64,000 nt of DNA from Rhizophagus irregularis (lineage: Eukaryota), in NCBI RefSeq assembly GCF_026210795.1, contig NC_089431.1:5208001-5272000 (forward strand), in the 5' to 3' direction. The translations under genes were made by a program, and so were the position numbers. Below the pieces are notes generated by a model that saw only the letters and a program-made list of their open reading frames with translations, ran no database searches and was not told where the DNA came from. Shown piece by piece: positions 11,938 to 23,311 of the stretch; the stretch's first letter is position 1; the number at the start of each line of letters is the position of its first letter.

Positions 11938-13429
11938 ATGATTGATAATAAACTTTTACCAAAATTATCACAAAATTTACTTGAAATTTTAAACGATGAA
12001 GAATATTATGATATTACAATTGAAGTTGGTAGTGACCCTTACGTAAAAGTATTCCGTGCTCATATGGTTATTCTAAATTATCGTTCATCATATTTTCGTA
12101 GAATTTTGTCAACTAATAAAAAGAAAAATGATGAAACTTTGACGAATATTAAGTTACCAAATATTTTACCCGAAATTTTTCAAATAGTATTGAGGTATAA
12201 AATATTAGATTTTAATATTCAAATTTTATTTTTAAAAAGTACATTTATAACTTATTATCTCTTACTTTAATAGGTATATTTATGGCGGAAAAATTTCTTT
12301 GGAGGAATATGATATCTTGGATATTGTAAAAGTCTTAGTTGCTGCTAATGAACTAAATCTTCAAGAATTAATACCCTATTTAGAATCCTTTTTGCTTAAT
12401 AAAGCGAATTGGATGGAACAACATTTTGATTTGATATATCAAATAAGTTTTGAAAATGATGCTTTCTTAAAACTTCAAAAATATTGCAAAGATTTAATTT
12501 CTAAAGAACCAAGCAAAATATTCAATTCTCCAAATTACTCTTCAATTCCAGAGAAACTTTTGATCACGCTTATTCAAAATGATAATCTTCAAATAGAAGA
12601 AATTCAAGTTTGGGAATATGTAATTAAATGGGGACTTGCACGGAATCCAGAACTTTCTTCTGACCCTACAAGCTTTTCAAAAGACGATTTCAATACTTTA
12701 AAGAATACTGTACAACAATGTATTCCATTTATTAGATTCCATAATGTAGCTTCAAAAGAATTTTTGAAAAAAGTAAAACCTTATAAAAAAATTTTACCAA
12801 AGGAATTATATAATAATTTGTTAGAATATTTTTTGGATAATGATAGCAAAAAGTCAGTACTTCGTATAACTAAAGAAAATAAAGTTCATTCAAAAAATAT
12901 TGGTTCTAAAATAATTACATTTCAACATGCTGAATTAATTTCAAAATGGATTGATAGGTTAGAAATTACAGACAAATTAACGACCTTATACGAGTTTAAA
13001 TTGTTATATCGCTATTCTCGTGATGAGCGGAATAATAGCTTTAATAAATTCCGAGAGATTTGCAATAATCGATCTCGCACCATAACAGTTATTAAAGTGA
13101 AAGACAGTAATGAAATTCTTGGAGGATATAATCCGATTGAATGGAAATTTAATGGTAACTATGGTACCTTTGGAAATACTAAAGATAGTTTTATATTCTC
13201 TTTTGGTAATAATAATATTAGAAATTACATTTTAAGTCGTGTAAAGGAGGAAACGAAAGCTATATACAATGGATGTTATTGCGGTCCATCATTTAATAAT
13301 GACTTGTATTTATACATAAATATACATAATGAATTAAAAATTGGATGTATAAAAAGTTCCTATGAAAAAGATTTCAAAGAAATCAATAATTCATGTATAG
13401 AAGAATATGAAGTATTTCAAATTGTGTAA
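11938..13429 (+). CDS. BTB-BACK-TLDc protein, copy 5 (exons 11938-12194, 12274-13429)
   Basis: Domain motifs; intron 12195-12273. Confidence 0.92.
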
Positions 13430-13871
13430 GATTGATATTTACTTGTATTATTTTCGCAATTTACTTCTATAAATTAATGATTTTATTTCATTCTTTTTTG
13501 ATTTGTATTTATTCCTATTGATTATTAAATAAATAAAAAAAAATGCGTCTTTACATAGTTTTCAGAAAAAAAAATAAATTAATTAATGATCGTTATGCTT
13601 TTGATATTTATATAATAAACCTTTAGAAATACGAGAAATACGGTAACAAAAAATATTATTGCTGAAGTTTAAATTAATTAAATTCGTTCGGTTAATGAAA
13701 ATAATCATATTTTTATTGTTTATGTTTTAATTACAATTTTTTTTACAATTTTATAAATAAATATTTATAAATAAGATATTATTAGAAAATAATAATCTAC
13801 ATTTTTTTTTAATGAAAAAAAATTTTGATATTTTTTTTTTCCTCAGAGAATACGTCATATACAACTTTTAA

Positions 13872-15324
13872 TTATTCACTACCAATATATAATGAGCGAA
13901 TGTCTCGATTCGTAGTTGGAACAGAATAATTATCATTAGAATTTGTATGAGAATAATTAGAATAATTGGAATAATGAGATGGTTGACTATTAATGTTATT
14001 ATGACCGAGAGTATAAGGAAATAATCCTTGATTATTTTTAGCTTTTTTGATATATTTTTTATATATTAAGAAAAATCCACCAATCATGATGAGACCACCA
14101 CCGACAATTCCACCTAAAGCAGAAGCTACTATAATCCCAACATTAGACGAAGAATTTTCGACAGGAATAGGTTTAGGACTTTCAGAAGGACTTGAAGGAG
14201 GTTTGGTTGAAATAACAGAAGGTGATGGTGATGGTAAAGGAACTGTAGGATTTCCCTCAGGCGTTATTTGAATATTTGGTGGTATGAGAACATTATTAAT
14301 AACATGTAATACACCATTGTAAGTTATTAAATCCGCTTGAATAATTTTAGCTTTTGTGATAGCATTTCCAACGTATAATTCACCATTATCTCTCGTAAAT
14401 GTAATTATTTCATCTTTTAAAGTTTTTGCCGTTACAACATTTTCAACAGAACCGGAATAAATTATTTGTTTTGGTATGATATGATAAGAAAATATGGGAT
14501 TAATAAGGCTTAAATTCTTTGCAATTTCCTTTGGAGCGCTATTAAAAATGACTTCATCTGTTAGAGCCAATATTGTTACGCCTACATCATTGACTTTTGC
14601 TATTTCATCAGCTAAATTACCATAATTTTCACTTTGAAGAATTTTAGCCATTGATTTAAACCGATCACTTTGTAACAGTGTTTGCATTGGTGTCTTTGGA
14701 AGCTCCAAGACTACATAATACGAAAGAAGGGATCGTTAATTTTTAAAGTAAAAACAACTAAGAAAAAAAAAAAGATAAATAAAATTCCTTACTTTTGTCT
14801 ACGATATGAATGACACCATTACTCGCAACTTGATCAACCACTAACACATTAGCAGATGTCAACCCACTCCTAATTCCTATTCCACCAGCAGGCAATTTCT
14901 CTACAACTATAGGTTGGCCTGTACCCACATTAGCTCCTTTTGCCTCTTTAGCTCCTGTAGCCGGTGGTGCCATGACAAACATAGATTTTGGATATGATAT
15001 CGAAGGGAAGTCTTTTAAAAGAAATTTTCCGGGTATTAAATGATAGTTTAAAATTTGTTCAATTTCATCTGGTGTCGCATTTATACTTTCGAATGCATTG
15101 TTACTAGGAGCAAAGAATGTGTATGGACCAACTGATTTTAATGTCGTAACGAATTTTGGTATAGTATTTAAAACTGCACCTAAAGCTAATAATTGTGGTC
15201 CATCCGCCACTATATTATCATAAAGATTTTTTGTTACATCCTGAGCTGTTATTATTGATATTAATAAAGTTTGAAGAAAAAATATAATAACTGAAATTTT
15301 TGTCAAAAATTTTAATATCATCAT
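13872..15324 (-). CDS. Type I membrane fasciclin (two FAS1 domains) protein (exons 15324-14793, 14710-13872)
   Basis: Signal peptide, YTFFAPSNNAF/ILNYHLIPG/ASNGVIHIVD and TILALTDE/SYHIIP/TYNGVLHVINNVL motifs, Pro/Ser stalk, TM helix GIIVASALGGIVGGGLIMIGGFFLIY, cytoplasmic tail. Confidence 0.9.
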
Positions 15325-16520
15325 GATATAAAATAGATAATTAATATAATTTTTTTTTTTGTCATAAATATATATATATATGTATATTACAAATTTTTTT
15401 TTTAAGAAATTGTCAATATTTATTTTTAAAGGTTACTATAAATATCAAACCTTGTGTATTTTTTGATTTTAGTTATTCCACAAGTTGATTTATCTATAAA
15501 AGAATTTTCTATTTTTCATCATCAAGACAATCTTTACGAAATTTAGGAATCCATTTATTCTAGTTTATTTATCCATTTTCACTTTTTACGTGACTAAATA
15601 TTTTGTTTTTTTTAACGCACTGTAAAATGTAAATCGCATAAAATAGGATAAATGCCATATAAATAACGCTAGCAAATGTGACGATCATATGATGGATGCG
15701 TAATCGGACTTCGGGAACATTTGTTTGTCGTGTGTATCGTGTGTAACCTTTAACGTCTTTAGGCGTTTTTTGAAAATCAAAATATTATGCGCAGCCACAC
15801 GGTGTAAAACTTTTTTACAGGATACAGGATACAGTGAACCAATGCATAATATAGTTATTATCATATTAATATGGTTATCTAACTAACACAAATTTCAACT
15901 CTAAAAACATTGTAATATAACGTCATGAACAGAATTTAACATATTCGAATATGTTTTTTTTAATTCTTCCATAATGAATGTAAATTTGGATAAATAAATT
16001 TTCAGAATATTTCCATAATTTATTATTTTTATCGATAAAAAAGCAAAAAGATAAATATTTTCCGAACCGCAGTCAGTTTAATACTTCGAAAAAAAAAAAT
16101 TTAACTCGAGTTGACTCGCCGAGTCCAACAACCAATTTCAGGAAACCGTATTGATTTTATACATTTGCATCGTAGTTTAAATTCTTTATTAAATAAAGTT
16201 AATAATTAGCTGTACAAAAAATTATAAAACGAATAATTAACAATATACAAAAGTAATAATAAAAAAAAATAATTAAAATGTACAAATAAAAATGTGTTGG
16301 TTAAATGCTTAGAAAAAATGCGATAAAATATTTATTTATCGTGAGCTTCAGCGGTTGACTTTTTCTGTTCAATGAAAATTAAGTATTGAATTTAAATACC
16401 TAAAGATGGTTTGAATATACCGGTTATATGAACTTACATAAATGTGCCGCTGCAGAGCCCAATTCATTTGACTTATAAGTTATGACGCATCAGGTAAGTA
16501 GCCTGCGTTGTAATTTATTA

Positions 16521-18239
16521 TTACGTTATATTGTTTATATCAAGCTCATACTCCCTTGTAACATATTCTAAAAGTTGGAGATTAAAGTTAATAAATAATA
16601 AAATAACAAATACATAAAATTTATTACATACCTTCGTTACCTTGTTCTATCAAAGATAATCCGTTAGAATATAAACTTAATGATCTCCTCATATAAAATG
16701 CTTTTGGATGAGGTTTTTCAGGACCAAGTTTTTTTAATTCAATTAATTCTAATCTTTTCTGATCGGCTTTATTAAATTCTTCATTTCTAATGTCTGATAA
16801 AGTTTCGTGTATTTCATCCATAGAAGGTCTTCTTCCTGGATCAGGGTCCCAACATCTTTCCATTAATTTTTTAACACACTCAGGTGTGTCCTCTGTAATT
16901 TTAGGTCGACCTCCATCAAGAATTTTAAAAATGATACAATGTGGATGTTTAACATCGGCAAAAGGTTTACGTCCTGTTGTAATTTCCCACATAATCATCC
17001 CCATGCTATATACATCAGATGCCTTTGAAAATTCGAGACCATTAACTAATTCTGGAGCCATATAAGGCAATACACCGTATTTTTGATCACTAGGGATATT
17101 TTCGGGTTGTGCCAATCCTAAATCTGCAATTTGAAACCTTTTTTTAAGATTCGGTTCAAGATGCAGTATATTTCCACTATGTAAATCTCGATGTGTAAAA
17201 TTTACGTCGTGAATTCTTTTAACTCTAAAATAGATAAATTTAAATAATTTAATTTGATATAAATATACGATGTGAATTACTTAAAATAAAAGCTTTGGAT
17301 CAAATCAAAATAACATTAATAATTCATTAAAACATAAGCCCTGTTCAATTCTATCATAAATTTGCACCCTTAGATAATTGGTTGCTGATTCGGTCAGCGA
17401 TCAGTCAAATATATCTATAAAAATTGGTGTTCATTCAGATTGATTTATAAATAAACAACACGTCTGCGTGTTTTTGCCCTATAACATATTAAGAATAACG
17501 ATCAATCAAAGTACTGTGCTCAATTGTAACTATGATCTAATTGGTTATACATTTTTTCGGTCAATTCAAGAATTGAACAGGGCTATAGTTTAGTCCAGGA
17601 TTAAATATTTGGCCAGAGAGTATTAAATTTAAAATAAAAAAACTTAATTCTGACGAAAGGATTAATGTTGTACTGGCTCAAATTATGTTTAATGGTTGTC
17701 TAGGTTAATAAACTGGTTTATTTTTAATGCATATATTTACCCCATTGATATTTGATAAAAGATTTCAATCTTTTCCTTCCATGTAATATTGACAAAATTA
17801 GTCTGTAAATATTCATGTAAATTTCCTCCTTTTGCATACTGTAGCACTAACATATATTCTTTGGTTTCAGGATCCATAGTAATACCGTAGCACCTATTAA
17901 TACATCCGCAGCCACAGCACTTACAATGTGATCTTAACTAATAATTTTAATAATTATTATAAATTTTCAAGAAATTACTAAAAAAAACTTAGAGAAAAAA
18001 AATTGCATCGGCAGTACATTCAAAAAATATTTATCAAAATATTTTGGGTTCGAGAATTTCTTTATAGCAACCGGCTTATCTTCCCAAATAGCTTGGTATA
18101 TAATGCCAAAATTGCCTCTTGCTATTTCTTTTAAATATGTTATTCGAGAAAATGAGATCCATTTTATTTGTGTTTTTGAATAAAAAAATGTTTTAATAAA
18201 ATAATAAATCAAAATCACAATTAAAATAATTCTTATCAT
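16521..18239 (-). CDS. Tyrosine-kinase-like protein kinase K1 (exons 18239-18018, 17937-17741, 17224-16632, 16567-16521)
   Basis: ARGNFG, VAIK, HRDLHSGNIL, DLG, YMAPE, SDVYSMGMIMWE, CWDPDP..RP; GT-AG introns in frame. Confidence 0.85.
17337..17584. mobile_element. MITE (PIF/Harbinger-like) in intron 2 of K1
   Basis: 16-bp TIR AGCCCTGTTCAATTCT/AGAATTGAACAGGGCT, 3-bp TSD ATA; the paralogous K2 intron lacks it. Confidence 0.85.
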
Positions 18240-19120
18240 TTTAATTAATATTTTTATTTGTGTTTATTTTATATTTTAAGAAATATCCATGACTTATATT
18301 TATAATTATAAAGATCATATAATCTTTATCTAACGTTTTATGGGTAATTTCCAAATATTTCGAAGCGTTTAATCCGAAGAGTTGTACGGAGTTTCATCAA
18401 ATTTTTATCATTCATGTTGAAAGTACTCCTTTGTACATTTTCCAAAGAATAAATTAGTATGATTTTTTTTCTTAGATTCCATTTTATTCTATTTCATTCT
18501 ATCAAAAATAATTGGATGTTTCATCTCGTATGATGTTGATCAAAAAAATAAAAATCGTCCGATACTTGCATACATTATTGCGTGATTTATTTTATGGTAC
18601 CAATGTGCATCTAAACGGCAACTATATAAAGACTTATGTTAAAAAGGCTGAAGTTACAAAAGGCGCATAAATATATAATATGTACTAATTTGTATAACAT
18701 TTACTTGTTATGATATCAATTAATCCATACGGAGGGACAGTGTGACAATGATTGACAGTCAATAATTCGTAAAAAGTAAAATGTCCTCCGCTTCGCTCCG
18801 GACAAAAGGACAAAAAGAAAAACAGAGCAAATAACTAAAACAAATAGATTAAAGAAAATATATAAGATTACGAGGTAAAGGTGAACAAATAGGCTAAAAT
18901 TTCGAAAAATCAATTCTATACTGGTAAATGAATTTCACCTTTCCGAACGGAATTGTATAAATACCGTCTACCACCGTATAAAATAAAATAGTTAAATATC
19001 CCAATTCATACAAAAAATCTATATCTTGTAAGAAACCTGTGTATTATATACAGAATTAAGCGTAAATATCTAATAAAATACTGGATCTTTGAAGCGGAAG
19101 ATACTATGTGCAATAATGTT

Positions 19121-19246
19121 TTGTCCGGAGTGTAACGAAGGGAATATATATATTATTGCGCATAGTAATCATTAATTAGATCACGTGCGAAGAATGTTTG
19201 TGAAATATTTGCACTCCGGACTCTACAACAGTTTTCCGTTTTTTAG
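19121..19246 (+). mobile_element. Short Helitron2/Helentron-like non-autonomous element
   Basis: Inverted repeat GTCCGGAGTG/CACTCCGGAC, 3' hairpin AACAGTTTTCCGTT, ends TTAG; inverted homolog of 21761-21915. Confidence 0.65.
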
Positions 19247-19289
19247 TTTAATAATAAATTTACAATAAAAATAATTACAGCTGTACACA

Positions 19290-19420
19290 CCTTAATTAAA
19301 AAAATCCTTTGAGTTTGAAAATTTCTTTAAAAGAAATAACTTTACGGCATCATTTGGAGAAATAAAACGGTTGTGTAAATATTATTTTGAGAAAATGGAA
19401 TCCACTTTTATTTGCGAAAA
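19290..19420 (-). pseudogene. Relic of kinase exon 1 (K1/K2 family)
   Basis: Reverse strand QIK/WIPFSQ...KKFSNSKDF with frameshifts; adjacent 19420-19520 resembles the K1 promoter 18255-18335. Confidence 0.55.
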
Positions 19421-20281
19421 TTTTTTGTATGTGTTTATTTTACGGTATATTTTAAGAAATATTGATAATAAGAATCCATAAGTTATGCGTTTTTATTATA
19501 AAAGATCATATGTTATTTATCCTTTCGTGAGTGTTTCGATGTTTCGATCCGTGCGACCGTGACCAACCTGGATAATTTTTTTCCGGATAATTTATCTGGA
19601 TAACGGTTTCTATCCGGATAAGTCATATTCATAACCTCCGAATAATATCAAAATTTAAGCGTGACGACATTCATCGAATTTTCATGAAAAATAAAACAAA
19701 AAAGATAAATAGTCGTTTACAGTATTATGACGTGCGTATATTTGTCAAATGAAAAGGTGGTATAGTTTTTCTTTACATGCGTAAAGATTTCACGTGACTT
19801 CATATAATTTGTCACCCCATTTTCAAATATTATTTGTCGCTTCCTTTAAAAGTACCATAAAAATTGGCCAATAATTTTAGGTTGGCTGATGTAAATCACG
19901 TATCACGCCGTTTCTCAAAATTATTTCATTATCTTAAATTAATATAGACACAAGTTTATAATATGGTATTTATAAAGTATATAAATTAATTGATCATATG
20001 ATCAATTATAATCATGAGTCATCTTTTGTGTAAATTTACGCAATTTTTAATACTCATATGTTGATTCATGACTTACGATTGATAAAGAATATATAAATGT
20101 TACATTCATTTATTAAATAGGAAATTGTAATAATTGAATCCAAAAATCAGTATGACAATTAAGGAGTTGTGGCATGTTATAATATTAGTCATAACTTATG
20201 ACTCATGACTAATCAATTTCATTCACGTACATCTCAAAAAAAAAATATATATATAAATACCTTTACCTTTCCCTCGTTCTT

Positions 20282-20425
20282 TGTGGTGTGGTGGTGTGGG
20301 TGGGTGTGTGTGTGGTGTGGTGGTGTGGTGGTGTGGGTGTGTGTGTGTGTGTGGTGTGTGTGCGTGGGTGTGTGTGTGGTGTATGTGGGAGGCTGTGTGG
20401 TGGTGGTGTGGGTGGCGTGTGGCGT
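20282..20425. repeat. GT/GGT microsatellite tract
   Basis: Directly visible (GT)n/(GTG)n sequence. Confidence 0.95.
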
Positions 20426-20473
20426 ATGTTTTGTTTCCCCTCGCTCTTTTCCCTTACCCCTTTTTTTCGAGGT

Positions 20474-20552
20474 CCTGATCAATGTTGCTGCACCTCAACG
20501 TTGGTGATCAGGTGACAACAAGCTTTTTAAAGACTTGGCTAAGTCAGCAACA
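20474..20552 (+). ncRNA. HDV-like ribozyme candidate, copy B (best preserved)
   Basis: P1 CCUGAUC/GAUCAGG, P2 UGUUGCUGC/G(U)CAGCAACA, P3 ACC/GGU, L3 UCAACGUU, P1.1 CA/UG, ACAA, P4 CAAG..CUUG, J4/2 GCUAA (putative catalytic C at 20539). Confidence 0.65.
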
Positions 20553-21760
20553 ATATAAGCCGCCATTAATCTGATCATTTTTTATCAAATAATTATAATA
20601 AATTGTCAATCATTATACAGTACAATTCTCGTCATTTGATTGAAAGAATTTTTTGCATGTATTTGTTTAAAGATATGTTTTAAAAAATATTGATAATAAT
20701 CCATTGAGTTGTGCGCTTATAAAAGATTATGATTCATAAATTATTTATCCTAATGCTTCGGTCATATTCATAACTTCCGAATAATAAAAAATTTTAGCGT
20801 CTATTATTGTAAATTCGTGTCATTCATCGAATTTCTATGAGAAATAAAAATAAATAAATATCATGTAGATCTTTCTTCGCTATAAAAATTACCAAATAAA
20901 ATTATTAATCATAATTAACAATCATGAAAACGGGAACAAAATCAGCAATTACAAATTACAATAATAACTTCTTTGGGAACGTAATGTTGTGAAAATTAAT
21001 AAAAAAGAGAAAATAAGCAAATAACTGAAATAAGTAAAAACTAAATATTTGATTGTAGGATTATTATTTTTACCACACAAATTTAAAAATTCTGAATGTT
21101 TGGTTTTTATATTCTATTATTACCAATCCAGCTTGTAAATATCAATATTGTCCAGTAATTATCCTTTGATTCGATCATTTTTTTATCAAGTAATTTTTTT
21201 AAAAAAACTATTATAACCTTTTTTTTTAAAGTGTTAACTCTTAAGATGGTTTATATGAATAAAAGCTTATTAAAAATTAAATTATGAAGTTAGTTTAATT
21301 CTAGATGCTCTAAAAAAATGTGGAAATAGAATAAACTATAATCTTACTAGTAAATGTTTAATTAAATACAAAGTATCCTACATTCCTACATATATAATTA
21401 TCGTAATAATAGATATCATTTAATCTACTTTGCTAAAAATATGTACTAGAATTATTAAGGATTATCTTTCTGAACTAAATTTCGAAAATGAAATACAAAT
21501 TTATTTCGATGGTAATAAAAGTATATTTAAATGTTAAATTATTTAAAAATGACATTTTAAAAAACATTAATTGGTTAAATGTTTATATAAACCTAATTCA
21601 GGCTAGCATTAAATAATTTGGCAGAGTTATCTTATCTTTTAGTAAATTTTCTTAGAGCTAAATTCTCATTTCTCACAAGATTTATACATTATTACAGAAT
21701 TTTTTATCTATTTGTTACCTTTATATGTCACACAAAATTTACGTGAAGTTTCGAATATTA

Positions 21761-21915
21761 CTAGGAAACGGGAACCGTTGTAAGTCCGGAGCGAAAAATT
21801 AAAATTTGTGATTTCATTGGGTAACGATCACATGGCGGACAGAGAAATTCACGTGATCGATTTTTTTTTCATAGTGCGTAGACATATATTTTGTCCTTCG
21901 CTTCGCTCCGGACAA
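21761..21915 (-). mobile_element. Short Helitron2/Helentron-like non-autonomous element
   Basis: 12-bp asymmetric inverted repeat GTCCGGAGCGAA (21784)/TTCGCTCCGGAC (21902), terminal hairpin TTGTCC..GGACAA, opposite-end hairpin AACGG-GAA-CCGTT next to CTAG. Confidence 0.7.
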
Positions 21916-21927
21916 CAATAATAAAGT

Positions 21928-23311
21928 TTATATGTCAAACTCGTATTCTCTTGTAATGTATCCTAAAAAATTGAAATCAAAAGTCAATAATAAATTAACT
22001 ATTTAAATTTTAAATTTTATAATTTATACCTTGTCTATCTTGTTTCGTTAATGATATAAACTTATTAGAATATGAACTTAATGATCTACTAGTATAAATT
22101 GCTTTTGAATGAGGTTTTTCGTTATATTCAGGTCCAAGTTTTTTTAAACCAATTAATTCTAATCTTTTCTGATCGGCCCCATTAAACTCTTCATTTTTCA
22201 TTTTAGATAAAAGTTTATGTATTTCATCCATAGAAGGCCTTTTTCCTGGGTCAGAATCCCAACATCTTATCATTAAACCTGCAATGCATTCAGGGGTATC
22301 CTCTGTAATTTTAGGTCGTTTCCCATCAATAATCTCATAAATAAGCTTATAATCATGTTCGACATTAGAAAAAGGTTTACATCCTGTTGTAATTTCCCAC
22401 ATAATCATCCCCATACTGTATACGTCAGATGCCTTTGAAAATTTTGAACCTATAAATATTTCTGGAGCCATATAAGGTATTACACCATTTATTTCATTAT
22501 TAGAGATATTTTCCGATTGTGCCAATCCCAAATCTGCAACTTGAAAACTTTTATAAAGATTTGATTCGAAATGTAATATATTTCCACTATGTAAATCTCG
22601 ATGCGTAAAATCTATTTTATGAATGTTTCTAAGCCTAAAATAAAACAAAATAAAATTAATTTTTCTAATTTTGTATTAGGTATTTATAACAAATTAATAA
22701 ATTTTGGATTAGCAAATTAATTCATTAAACTTGGTTTAGGCTAAGTCAAATATATTTTGTACTTACCCCATTGATATTTGTTGTAAAATGTTAAGCTTTT
22801 CCTTCCATGTAATGTTGGAAAAATTATTTTTTAAGTATTCATGTAAATTTCCTCCATCAGCGAACTGCAGTACTAACATGTATTCTTCAGTTGTTGGATC
22901 TTTCGTGATCCCGTAACATTTATTTATGCACCCACAATCACAACATTTGCAATGCGTTCTTAACTAATAATTTATAATAAATTACTGAGTATTTAATTAG
23001 TTATTATGACAAAAACATTTTAGGTAAGAAACATTTATATACTTCATTTAAAAAGTATGTATTTGAATTTTCAGATCTTGCGAACTTCTTTACAGCGACC
23101 TTTTTATTTCTCCAAATAGCTTGATATACTATACCAAATCCTCCTAAGAATTTTTTTTAAAGTGACTATAATTAGTAATTATTTGTAGCTAAAAGGTTAA
23201 TTCTATAAATTTACCTTCGGCTATTTCTTCTAAATTTATTATTTGAGGAAATGGAATCCACTCTATTTTTGTTTTTGAATTCAGAGTTAATGCAATTGAT
23301 ACGAAACTCAT
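21928..23311 (-). CDS. Tyrosine-kinase-like protein kinase K2 (exons 23311-23215, 23143-23043, 22963-22767, 22634-22030, 21962-21928)
   Basis: AEGGFG, VAVK, HRDLHSGNIL, DLG, YMAPE; tandem paralog of K1. Confidence 0.87.

Noticed and set aside
20205..20515. Four overlapping VCVW / THTH ORFs
   Set aside because: Translation of a GT microsatellite
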